Below are positions 36,680 through 47,624 of a stretch of 64,000 nt of DNA, piece after piece. Below the pieces are notes generated by a model that saw nothing but the letters and a program-made list of their open reading frames with translations, searched no databases and was not told the origin of the DNA. The DNA is taken from NCBI GenBank assembly GCA_002269645.1, contig NIVC01001435.1, positions 124,001 to 188,000 on the forward strand, written 5' to 3'. Positions within the stretch are counted from its first letter, which is position 1, and each line of letters begins with the position of its first letter. The position numbers and the translations under genes are program-made. Source of the stretch: Macrostomum lignano (Eukaryota).

Positions 36680-39600
36680 ATGACCTGCCGTAGCCAGCTG
36701 TCTGCTTGGCTCTGCCTGATCTCATTCGGCCTGCTCAGCCTGTTCTCCACCGGTTGCGGAGCCAGCGGCGGCGGACTGATGGCCGGAGTTGGAGTCGCCG
36801 ACATCACGGGGCCGGCTGGCGAGGTTCCCATGGTGAGCGAGGGCATGTGGTGCGGGTTCCAGACTCTGAATGCAGAAATATGGCAGCAGGTAGAATGATC
36901 TATGCTTGAGGATCACGTAACAATGGGGTTGTAGCGTAGGTATAAGAGCACCAGACTCACGACTGAACCGTCGGGGGTTCGATTCTCCACCCACTCGGAA
37001 CAATTTGTGTCCTTGAGAATGAGCAAGACACTTAACTCTGCACTGCTTCAGTTCACCCAAGCTGTAAAATAGGTGACCAGCATTAGCTGGGTATGCGGCC
37101 ATCTCCCAGTCCCTGGACTGAACAGCCGCACGCAGCCTTCAGATGCGCCGCGCAATAGCTGCGGCTGAGCTGTCGGTTGCACATTGACTTATTAGGGCAG
37201 GTGTAATAAAAACGAAATATTGATACAGTTTATGCGAGTTGTGTACACTTCATGACAATGAAGAGATTCGGGGCAAGTGTGGGTGGGGCGGAGTGGATTA
37301 GCTGTAAACGCGTTTGACCTAGAGCCTCTTCACGGCAATCAATTCCAGAACCAGAATCAGTTCGGATTTCCAAGAAAAAAAGCAGTATAACTATTTAACT
37401 TTGTTGAATGTTTGACTGCCTTAAAACAGCCTCACTTTGCACAATTTTTTACTTTCTTCTTGGCTTTTGCCATTCAATAATCACAATTTTAAAGCACTAA
37501 TATTCCTCTAGTTATACTTTAGAATACTTTAAAAAGTTATACTTTACAAATTGGATCTGGTTTTAGAACCAGAACAAGCAATATGAAGAGACTCCTACAG
37601 TAAGTATCGACTCATTGCGCGGCCGCTTGAATTTGCAACTTTTACCGGATAGTGGCATGGATAAGGGCTTTTTTTATTAGAGGCAGGGGGTTGTGTGCAC
37701 TTTAAGCGACATAGGCACACAACCGGCGAGAGGCATTACTGCCCATTCCGCCGACTCCCCTGAGCAGGCATACAAGCGCGCGGATACGTACGCAGGCACA
37801 CACTCACACAGGAGTGTACAGCGGCCTTAACTTTATTTATCGTTAGGCATGTACACTTCACTGCGCCTTGGGGTGTTGGCTCTCAAGGTCGTTAATTGCA
37901 CAAGCGAGCCAAGCCAAGATTCCAATCCAGCCCCAAATTAATGTGACTGCACTTGGAATCGAGCCTGGGTCGCGGCACACCAGAGCAGCTGCGCTACCGC
38001 TGGGCTACGGCCCCCTTTAGATAAGGGCTTACAATGAGATTCTTTTTTGTAAGGGCCAGCCCCCAAGGCACTGAGTGTGTACATGCCTAACGAGAGCGAT
38101 TGCCTGCGGGCGTAGGGGTCAGCACAATGGACATTCCTAATCGTCTCATCTCAGGCTGCTGTCTCACAAAAGTAGAAAATTAATAACAGTAATCGCAGGA
38201 GGGCTACGGGCACCATGGCGCAACGTCATCGGCGACATCGGTCCCACAACCAGCGCTGGGGCAACTGCCCATTCCGCTGACTCTTGAGAGCATGCAGGCA
38301 GCCAATACTGTACTCAGGCACAGCACTCATGCACACGCTCACACAGGGTGTACATCGGCCCTGGCTTTCTAACCGTCAGGCATGTACACTCTGTGCCTTG
38401 GAGGCTGGCCCTCACGGGTGCGAATCTCACGACAACCCCTTGGTGCACAAGATTTTCGGGCACAAGTTTCAAATGAATGCGTTTGCACACGGAATCGAAC
38501 CAGGGGTCGTTATTAAACAAACGTTCTGACGTGTCGAATGTGGTCGAACCCCCCGCCTATTCCTCCAGATGGGCTACGCCAAGGCTTCGCAAAAGACGGC
38601 CGGAATTCACATCCGCCTGTTCGCCAGGGCGTTTGTGTTTCGCGACCGATTCGGTGCCACAGTCGCTTACGTGAACGTGGACGCGGCGATGGTGTCCCAG
38701 ATGGTTAAGCTGCGTGTGAGCTGGCTCTCTTTGGCTTGTATGAAGTGGTTGGGTTTGGTTCTCAGTGGTGCATTCACCAGTCTAGAGAGGGGTTGGTGCA
38801 GTCACCAGTCTAGAGAGGGGTTGGTGCAGTCACCAGTCTAGAGAGGGGTTGGTGCAGTCACCAGTCTAGAGAGGGGGTGGTGCAGTCACCAGTCTAGAGA
38901 GGGGGTGGTGCAGTCACCAGTCTAGAGAGGGGGTGGTGCAGTCACCAGTCTAGAGAGGGGTTGGTGCAGTCACCAGTCTAGAGAGGGGTTGGTGCAGTCA
39001 CCAGTCTAGAGAGGGGTTGGTGCAGTCACCAGTCTAGAGAGGGGTTGGTGCAGTCACCAGTCTAGAGAGGGGTTGGTGCAGTCACCAGTCTAGAGAGGTG
39101 GTGGTGCAGTCATCAGTCTAGAGAGGGGTGGTGCAGTCATCAGTCTAGAGAGGGGTGGTGCAGTCACCAGTCTAGAGAGGGGTGGTGCAGTCATCAGTCT
39201 AGAGAGGTGGTGGTGCAGTCACCAGTCTAGAGAGGTGGTGGTGCAGTCAACAGTCTAGAGAAAGGTGGTGCAATCACTCCAGTCTAGAGAGGGGTTGGTG
39301 CAATCACACCAGTCTAGAGAGGGGTGGTGCAGTCACCAGTCTAGAGAGGGGTGGTGCAGTCATCAGTCTAGAGGGGTTGGTGCAGTCATCAGTCTAGAGA
39401 GGTGGTGGTGCAGTCATCAGTCTAGAGAGGGGGTGGTGCAGTCAACAGTCTAGAGAGGGGGTGGTGCAGGTCTAATGGGTGGGTCCGACTCGAGTTAACT
39501 GTATCCTAATCCGACAGATCAATTGCTGTTTAAACTAATGTAAAAATGCTCAGAAGTTTTACAAGTATCTTAGACTTTCTCAAAATCTCAAACTGTCTGT

Positions 39601-42600
39601 ATCGAATTCAGGTGCTGGAAATTCTCAAGAAAAAGTTCGGCAACACCTATACGGAGAAGAACGTTCTACTATCGGCCATTCACACTCACTCCGGTCCCGG
39701 CGGTTTCCATGGCTACACGCTCTATGCGATATCGACTCTAGGCTACATGTCCGACACATTTGAAGCTTTTTCTAACGGCATCGCCAGTGTAAGCTGGTAG
39801 CTCACTACTAGTAGTCGTAAAATGTGTCTGACTCTCGCGCCGCGACCCCTTGGTTTGATTCTGTGCGCAAAACGCGTTCATTTGGGGCTTGTGCACGAAA
39901 ATTGGTCAAGAGGTTGTCGTGAAATTCACATCCATGAGGGCCAGCCCCCAAGGCACAGACGGAGTGTACATGCCTGACGATTGGAAAGTCAGGGCTGCTG
40001 TACACCCAGTGGGAGCGTGTGTATGAGTGCGTGCCTGTGTACAGTATCCGCCCGCTTGTCAGGAGTCACAGCCCACGTCATTATTATTATTTAGCTAGCA
40101 GCTCTCATGGAACTGCTTTTAGCATCCCGACGAACGAGCCCCGTCTATCCAACTAAATTACAGAGCATCGAGCAGGCTCACCTGTCTCTCCGACCCGCCC
40201 GCCTGTTCTACAACGAAGGCGAACTGAATGACAGCAGCGTGAGCCGCAGCCCCAGCTCCTACCTGCTGAATCCGGCAGCCGAGAGGGCTCGCTACTCGGG
40301 CGACGTGGACCGAACGATGCAGCTGTTGAAGCTGGTAGACGGCAGCACTGGCGAGCCGTTCGGCATGCTAAACTGGTTCCCGGTGCACTGCACCAGCCTC
40401 AACAACACCAACCAAATGATCAGCGGCGACAACAAAGGCTGGGCGGCTCAACTGTTCGAGCGCTACATGTCCCGGGGAGCCCAGCTGCCCGGCAAGCAGA
40501 AGTTTGTAGCCGCGTTTTCCAATGCTAACGAAGGCGACGTCAGCCCGAACACGGCTGGACCGCGGTGCATCGACACCGGCGAGCCCTGCGACATCCTCAC
40601 GAGCACCTGCGGCGGCCGGACGCAAAAGTGCGTCGCGTTCGGGCCGGGACGCGACATGATGGACAGTGCGAGAATTATTGGACAGAGGCAGTTTAACAAG
40701 GCCTTGGTAGGTAAAATTAAAAATTAAGAAATTTCTAATAGATACGAGTATAGCGATACTAAATTGATAAAACTTTTTATTTTGGTCTCATACTCATACG
40801 AATCTACTATAATTTATTCCGGGTGTTTTTTATTAGACAGCACTAAAATCTTGGATCTTGGATCTTGGATCACCAAGAATGAAATAAGCCACTCGACGTA
40901 GTAGAAAAATTTCACTGCAGCGATTGCACAACTCCCACAGTTCGCCAAGTGAACTCAAACAGCAGCCTACAGCTTGAGCACCACAACTCCCACAGTTCGC
41001 CAAGTGAACTCAAACAGCAGCCTACAGCTTGAGCAGCACAACTCCCACAGTTCGCCAAGTGAACTCAAACAGCAGCCTACAGCTTGAGCAGCACAACTCC
41101 CACAGTTCGCCAAGTGAACTCAAACAGCAGCCTACAGCTTGAGCACCACAACTCCCACAGTTCGCCAAGTGAACTCAAACAGCAGCCTACAGCTTGAGCA
41201 GCACAACTCCCACAGTTCGCCAAGTGAACTCAAACAGCAACCTACAGCTTGAGCAGCACAACTCCCAGAGCTCGCCAAGTGAACTCAAACAGCAGCCTAC
41301 AGCTTGAGCACCACAACTCCCACAGTTCGCCAAGTGAACTCAAACAGCAGCCTACAGCTTGAGCACCACAACTCCCACAGTTCGCCAAGTGAACTCAAAC
41401 AGCAGCCTACAGCTTGAGCACCACAACTCCCAGAGCTCGCCAAGTGAACTCAAACAGCAGCCTACAGCTTGAGCACCACAACTCCCACAGTTCGCCAAGT
41501 GAACTCAAACAGCAGCCTACAGCTTGAGCACCACAACTCCCAGAGCTCGCCAAGTGAACTCAAACAGCAACCTACAGCTTGAGCACCACAACTCCCAGAG
41601 CTCGCCAAGTGAACTCAAACAGCAACCTACAGCTTGAGCAGCACAACTCTCACAGTTCGCCAAGTGAACTCAAACAGCAGCCTACAGCTTGAGCAGCACA
41701 ACTCCCACAGTTCGCCAAGTGAACTCAAACAGCAGCCTACAGCTTGAGCAGCACAACTCCCACAGTTCGCCAAGTGAACTCAAACAGCAGCCTACAGCTT
41801 GAGCACCACAACTCCCACAGTTCGCCAAGTGAACTCAAACAGCAGCCTACAGCTTGCGCAGCACAACTCCCACAGTTCGCCAAGTGAACTCAAACAGCCG
41901 CGGCTGCCGGGCCACCCGAGCTCGGTGCTCGACCCACAGCTCGGCGCACACCGCCGCCTTGTCGGCCTCGGACCGGGCCGCGTTCAGCGCGTCCGAGAAC
42001 GTGGACTCGCACGTGACTCGGCAAGAGTTCACGTACTCAGAGACGAACCGGTCCAGGTCTCCGTGCTGCAGGAAGTCCTCGTAGTAAGTCGAGCGGCTCT
42101 GCGGCAGCGCCTCGGCCCGCAGCAGCTCCAGGCCAAGCCGCTCGTACTGCGACGGCTCGCTGACGTCCTCCACTGAGCGGAAGCAAATGGGACAGTTGAA
42201 GTTCACGAGCTCCTCCGACTCGATGACGCCGCGCGAACGAAGCGCCTCGACCGACTTGTAGATCTCGTCGAAGATGCTGGCGGCCTTGTCTTGCGATGAA
42301 AGGAAGTTCGCGACAATAACGCCGCCTTTGACGAGCTCCTTGGACCTCGCCTGGAGGAAGCTGCCCCAGTCCTTGGCTGCCTGCTTCCTGAACGCTTCCT
42401 GCTCCTTTTCGGTGCCGAACAAAGAGAATCCGTGATTGGACAGTTTAGTGGGTAGCTGAGAGCACCAGTGCAGGCAGATGTTGGAGATTCCAATCTGCAG
42501 ACTGCTTGGTGGCAGCACCTGGAAGGTACAGACAACTGTTGTAGCGCGAGTGAGCTATGCACTTTTAGTGATAGCCTCCCAAGTCTCTTATTCAGAACAG

Positions 42601-45600
42601 CATATGGCAATTTCTCTCAGTGTGTTCATCTCAGATTGCTCATCTCACTCAGATTTCTCATCTCACTCAGTGTGCTCATCTCACTCAGATTGCTCATCTC
42701 ACTCAGATTGCTCATCTCACTCAGATTGCTCATCTCACTCGTCTTGCTCATTTCTCCCAGCTTCCGTGAGCTCAAACGGTGCCCACCTGCTTGTAGAAGC
42801 TGATCCCAGAGGTCACCGCGAACACTCCCGGCAGCTGCTTCAGGAAGGACCGCTGGTCTCCGTTCAGGAAGTCGAACAGGACGCTCCACTGATTGTGGGG
42901 CATGTCGTTGAGCACAACGAGCACCGAGCTGCAGCTCTGGCTGCTGGCGTACTTGGCGCGCACCTCTCGGATGAGATGGGACACCGCGTCGGAGCTGTTG
43001 AGTCCGGTGCTGCAGCCGAAGTCGGCGATCACGAAGGGACCCCGCGATTCGGTCAGGTCGGACGTGTGGGCGGCCACAGCAGCGTCAATGAAAGGCTTGA
43101 AGCGCTGCAGGGAGCTGGCCTGGTTGCGGGAGCTTCTGTTGTAGTCGGGCTGCATCTTCAAGTTCCGCTTGGCAGTGGCTTCAGAGGACATTTGCTGTGC
43201 TGACATGGCAGCTCGTGTGTTTAGTCTGATTTAATTAGGCACTTTTCTGGTAACTGGATAGTTTCTTCTTGTCGGTTTGTTCACTCTGCGCAGGTCATTC
43301 ATTCAGTTGGCTCTTATTCGATATCTTATCGCTACTTGTGCATTGAAGGTCTATTTATAACGTTCCGTGCATTAAAAAGTGTGGAGGAGCTGCTCATCGG
43401 TAAAGCGCGTCTGACCCTCGCGCCACGACCTCTCGTTCGATTTCGTGCTCAAACACATTCATTTTTCGGACTTGTGTGCGAATAGTTGTCCAAGAAGTTG
43501 TCGCACACATGAGGACCAACCCCCAAGGCACAGAGAGTGTACAGGCCTGACGATTAGAAAGTCAGGGCTGCTGTACACCCTGAGTGAGCGTGTGCATGAG
43601 TGCGTACAGTATGGGCGCGCTTGTGTGCTCAGGACTCAGCGGAATGGATTGCCTCAGCACTGGTCGTGGACGATGTCACCGAAGGCGTTGCGTCAGAGCT
43701 TCCTCTTGTGAATAGCACCATCACTATTAATATATTAATACTATTATATGTTAATAGTGGATTTTACTTACGTCCATTTAATATGTTCAACGCCCCCCCC
43801 CCTTAGTCTCTGTTCCAATCAGCCACCAGAGAGGTACAAGTGGACAGCATCAGCGTCGTGCATCAAAACGTTGACATGACCAACTATGAGCTGACTGTGA
43901 ACGGACAGCGGGTGCGCACCTGCAAGCCGGCCATGGGCTTCAGCTTCGCCGCCGGCACCACGGACGGTCCGGGCGGATTCGACTTCACCCAGGGCGACAC
44001 GAGCGGCAACCTGTTCTGGAATATCGTCCGCAGCGTGCTCAGCAAGCCCAGTGCCGAGCAGGTGGATTGTCAGAAGCCAAAACCGATTCTTCTGAACACG
44101 GGATACGTGAGTCTGGCTCATTTCTGCTTAGCTCTGGATTTGCCAGCTTCTCAATGTGATGTGCGAAATTGAGGTTCGATTCTTACTTTTTGATCAGCTG
44201 GTTTTAACCACGAACATTTCGAAGTTTTACTCAACTGTCAATGGACACTGTTTTTCTTGGGTCACAAAATTGTTTTTTACATTCTTTCTTGCTTCTCGTA
44301 AGTAGCCAAATTGTTATATTTCTCCTATACAAAGTTACTGGAACTCCGAATTATAACAATAACAATTGATTACATCTGCTGTAATGGACAGATGTGCAAC
44401 CAACAGCTCAGCCGCTCGGGAGTTCGATTCTTGATCTACTCGAAACAATTTGTGTCTTTGAGCAAGACACTTTTTCACCCAGCTGTAAAATGGGTGCCAG
44501 CATTTAGCTGGGGTAATTGAGGGTGTGTGGCGACCCCCCCCCCCAGTCCCTGGACTGAACAGCCGTACGCAGCCTTCAGATGCGCCGCGCAATAGCTGCG
44601 GCTGAGCTGTCGGTTACAGCTGCCTATTCGGGCAGGTGTAATCCCATATACTAAAAATAGTTTGTCGGTAGGTATCTGTCTAGTTTTGTAGGTATGTCGA
44701 TTTCAAAAAAAAGTTTGTATAATGCTCTGCCGCACTTTACTAGCCCGTGTATGAATGATTGGCGAATCACAAACTCTGCCAGATGAGCTTCCCAACCCAG
44801 TGGCAGCCCAGCGTAGTAGAGACGCAGCTGGTGCGCATCGGGCCGCTGACACTGGTGGCCCTGCCCGGCGAGTTCACCACCATGTCGGGGCGGCGGGTCC
44901 GCGATGCGGTCAGAGCTGCGCTGGAGCAGAACGGCATGCCGGATGGCACGGTGATCCTGGCGGGACTGTCAAACCTCTACTCCAGCTACATAGCCACATA
45001 TGAGGAGTATCAGGTGAGCTTTGAGTTATTCGGTGCTATTTCTACCTCTCTTGCGGAGCTCTTTTTGCAGCTGTGGTGTGTCTAAATGTAAGAACTCGAA
45101 ACTGAGCTTGTTCTAATCAGTTTTCTGCTTTATATTGAGCTCATTCATCTGTACCTGAGTTGAAAAACACAAAAAATCTGAAATTTTGCTTTTCTAAAAG
45201 CAGTTCTCAAGCCGACCAGCCCCCAAAATCATCCAAATAGCTCGTATCTACCGATATCTATCATCAATTAGAAACAGAGGTTTTTTATGCCCTACCGAGG
45301 GTACCAGTACCTTATGCTTATTTATACTATACTTCAAAGTTCAACCAAAGTGTCGTAGATTGCATTATACATGCCTCAAAATAGCCGCCACAGTAGCAAA
45401 GATTTTTCTTGGTCATCACTCAGTAACCCCTCGCCGGCTCCCCCAACTCCGACCTCAGGCTCAACGCTACGAAGCGGCTTCGACAATCTACGGTCCTCAC
45501 ACGCTGTCAGCCTACGTGGATCAATTTGGCAAGCTAGCCAGGGCCTTGGCAACCAACGCGTCCGTGGATTCCGGACCTCCGGTGCCCAACCTGTACAACA

Positions 45601-47624
45601 AGATCAAGAGCTATTCGTTCATTACGCCTATTGTTTACGACTCTGTTGGCATCGGCCGAAATTTTGGAGACGTTGTGACTCAACCCAAGGTCGCCTATCG
45701 GCCTGTAGGTTGCTCGATTTTGAATATTGTTGTTTTCTTCAAAAACTCGGCGCAGTCTTAACGTTTTGCAACTTGTGTAGGCATCCGAAATAGAAAGTCA
45801 CAGTTAGTGAATTAGTATGAGTCACAGAGGGCACCCCTGCAAATTAAGGCCACAATTGATCCGCAGCTAGTGAGGAGGCAGGCAGTCATGCAAGAACACC
45901 CGCACGGATGAATACACAGGCGCACTCTCCCACTACTGAGTGTACAGCTGTCCTTACCTTATCATCATCTATCTGGCATGTACACTCTCTGAGCCGCTGG
46001 AATTTGTTCTCATTGGTGTGAATTACACAACAAGCCACAGGTCCAAACCCGGGGATCGAACCCGCACAACAAGCCACGGGTCCAGACCCGGGGATCAAAC
46101 CCGCACAACAAGCTTACAAGTCCAGACCCAGGGATCGAACCTAGCAGGTACTTTAGAGCTACATTAAATCTTAGCGGCTCTGCTCATGAAATGAACAGTA
46201 AAATGTACCTATTGTTGCGCTTGTATCCTACTGAAACTACACCCTACATCACTCTGTCTCAGGGTGACACCGTGTCCGCCAGCTTCCGCACTGGGCATCC
46301 GCGAAACAATATGATGCTTGGCGGCAGTTTCATGATGGTGCAGCGGAAGAACAGCTCAGGAGACTGGGAGGAAATCTGCAACGACGCATGCGTGGAGACC
46401 AGGTAACGCAACTATGAGAGGCTTTTTCTTCGCTGGCACCTGTCTGTTCAAATGAATTTCGGATTTTCCGAGACGTGTGCTGTAATCAGACTCGCTTGAC
46501 GAGCAAATCGACGCGGCGCACTCTGACAGATCAGACTGACCTGTCCAAGCGACCTGTTTGCATCGTTGACGACTCCAGCTGGCAATTCTGCCGCTGTTCT
46601 GACTCAATTTTGATGTTTCTGCAGTTCCCTGTTTATACTCAGCAACAGTCAAAAGTTTCACCCTCTAAGCGAGATGAATTTTGTCACTTTTCGAGTGACG
46701 CAACTTACGGCACGCGCGAGTCTTATTGCTACTTGAGTTGACCAGGATAACAATAACGCGCCACCACACCGAGCCGATGCTGTTAGTCGACTAAAAGAAC
46801 AGCTACAGCTGAGCACTCTGCGCTGGCCTTCCCGGTCCCCAGACATGAATCCCATCGAGCATGTCTCGTGGGACTTTCTAAAACGCAGCATTCGAAAAGA
46901 GAATCCACCACAGAATGTTGCGGAGCTGCGTCATGCCATTGAAAAGGCTTGGCAGCAGCTTCCCCAGGACTTTCTGCGCCGCCTCATCCTGAGGATGCCC
47001 CGCAGAGTCGCCGCACTTCTGCGTGAAAGGTGATCCCACACTGCGCCCGCCTCATACGCGTTATTAAGCATCGCAATTCTAACTGCTTGTATTGCATAAA
47101 AAATAAACTTATGATTTTGTGCGACTGACGTTAGATTCGTTCAACTTAACTTTCCTCGCGGCTGCTTAGTTGCGTAACTTGAGGGTTGAATTGTGATGAG
47201 TGAGAAGTTAGTTGTCACAATAAGTGAGAAAATTTTCATCTCGCTTGGAGGGTGGAACTTTTGACTGTTGCTGAGTATAATAAATGAAATCGCATCCCTC
47301 AGACCATAAGGGACACCATCTGCTAGACAGATACAAGTAAGGCCACATATACGCATCCCGCACCGCAGATTCCGCTGGCAGAGAACCAACGCTCTCCTCG
47401 GTCACAGCCTAGCGCACCTGGACTGGGACATTCCGAGCTGCGCGCGGCCCGGCACCTACCGCCTGCTGCACACCGGCTGGTACAAGCCCGTGCTGCTCTG
47501 GCAGAAACCGCGCCAATTCAGCGGCGCTACGCGCGAATTTCAAGTCAAGAGCAGCAGTGCCAGACAGGCCACAGGCCAGGTTCGAGATGTGATCAACGAC
47601 CTGTTCGGTTCTGGGTGCAATTAG
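36680..47624 (+). CDS. ASAH2: Neutral/alkaline non-lysosomal ceramidase, 9 exons, N-terminal signal peptide, no mucin box
   Basis: Exons 36680-36832, 38569-38715, 39612-39788, 40164-40706, 43807-44106, 44783-45013, 45459-45704, 46263-46402 and 47369-47624 join in frame. Motifs ADITGP, MMGYA, HTHSGPGG, NWFPVHCTS, GDNKG, NEGDVSPN, FAAGTTDGPG, PGEFTTMSGRR, YEAASTIYGP and PGTYRL. Confidence 0.93.
36925..37207 (+). mobile_element. CORE-type SINE family 1, near full length, in ceramidase intron 1
   Basis: B-box GGTTCGATTCT, CORE-like block and shared 3' domain. Confidence 0.85.
37730..38015 (-). mobile_element. tRNA-derived SINE family 2 copy
   Basis: Minus strand begins GGGGCCGTAGCCCAGCGGTAG...GCTCGATTCC. 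The body matches the repeated gtgtacatgcctgacg/gtgtgagcgtgtg motif. Confidence 0.7.
38260..38515 (-). mobile_element. tRNA-derived SINE family 2 copy
   Basis: B-box CCTGGTTCGATTCC on the minus strand plus the family-2 body. Confidence 0.75.
38775..39470. repeat. 28-bp intronic minisatellite (GTGCAGTCACCAGTCTAGAGAGGGGTTG), about 25 copies
   Basis: Visible periodicity in ceramidase intron 2. Confidence 0.95.
39796..40075 (+). mobile_element. tRNA-derived SINE family 2 copy
   Basis: GGTTTGATTCT, then ...catgagggccagcccccaaggcacag...gtgtacatgcctgacg. Confidence 0.75.
40930..41897 (-). repeat. 55-bp tandem array of the methyltransferase CDS end, about 17-18 copies (first unit coding)
   Basis: Same unit as 21514-21685 in reverse orientation. 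Confidence 0.95.
41847..43206 (-). CDS. SABATH-type methyltransferase copy 3, intact, nested antisense in ceramidase intron 4
   Basis: Exons 43206-42787 and 42518-41847, 363 aa, near-identical to copy 1. The intron holds about 6 copies of the 18-bp repeat. Confidence 0.88.
43385..43690 (+). mobile_element. tRNA-derived SINE family 2 copy
   Basis: CGTTCGATTTC B-box-like sequence plus the family-2 body. Confidence 0.7.
44345..44642 (+). mobile_element. SINE family 1 copy whose head is replaced by an inverted copy of the 3' tail
   Basis: 44345-44405 is the reverse complement of the family 3' end. From about 44410 the B-box, CORE and 3' domain run forward. Confidence 0.7.
45885..46145 (-). mobile_element. 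SINE family 2 copy with a triplicated 39-bp B-box-containing segment
   Basis: Family-2 body at 45885-46010. Three CACAACAAGCCAC...GGGATCGAACC units at 46025-46142. Confidence 0.55.
46636..47277 (+). mobile_element. Internally deleted Tc1/mariner element in ceramidase intron 8
   Basis: About 55-bp imperfect TIRs (TACTCAGCAACAGTCAAAAGT...), TA on both sides, and a transposase C-terminal remnant WPSRSPDMNPIEHV.WDFLKR. Confidence 0.88.

Noticed and set aside
41847-41858. Peroxisomal PTS1 signal at the methyltransferase C-termini (RKL/LKL)
   Set aside because: The -3 residue is not the small residue (S/A/C) of canonical PTS1; unsupported without a predictor or experiment.
41847-43206. Processed retrogene origin for the nested copy
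   Set aside because: The intron is retained at the same position and there is no poly(A) or TSD.
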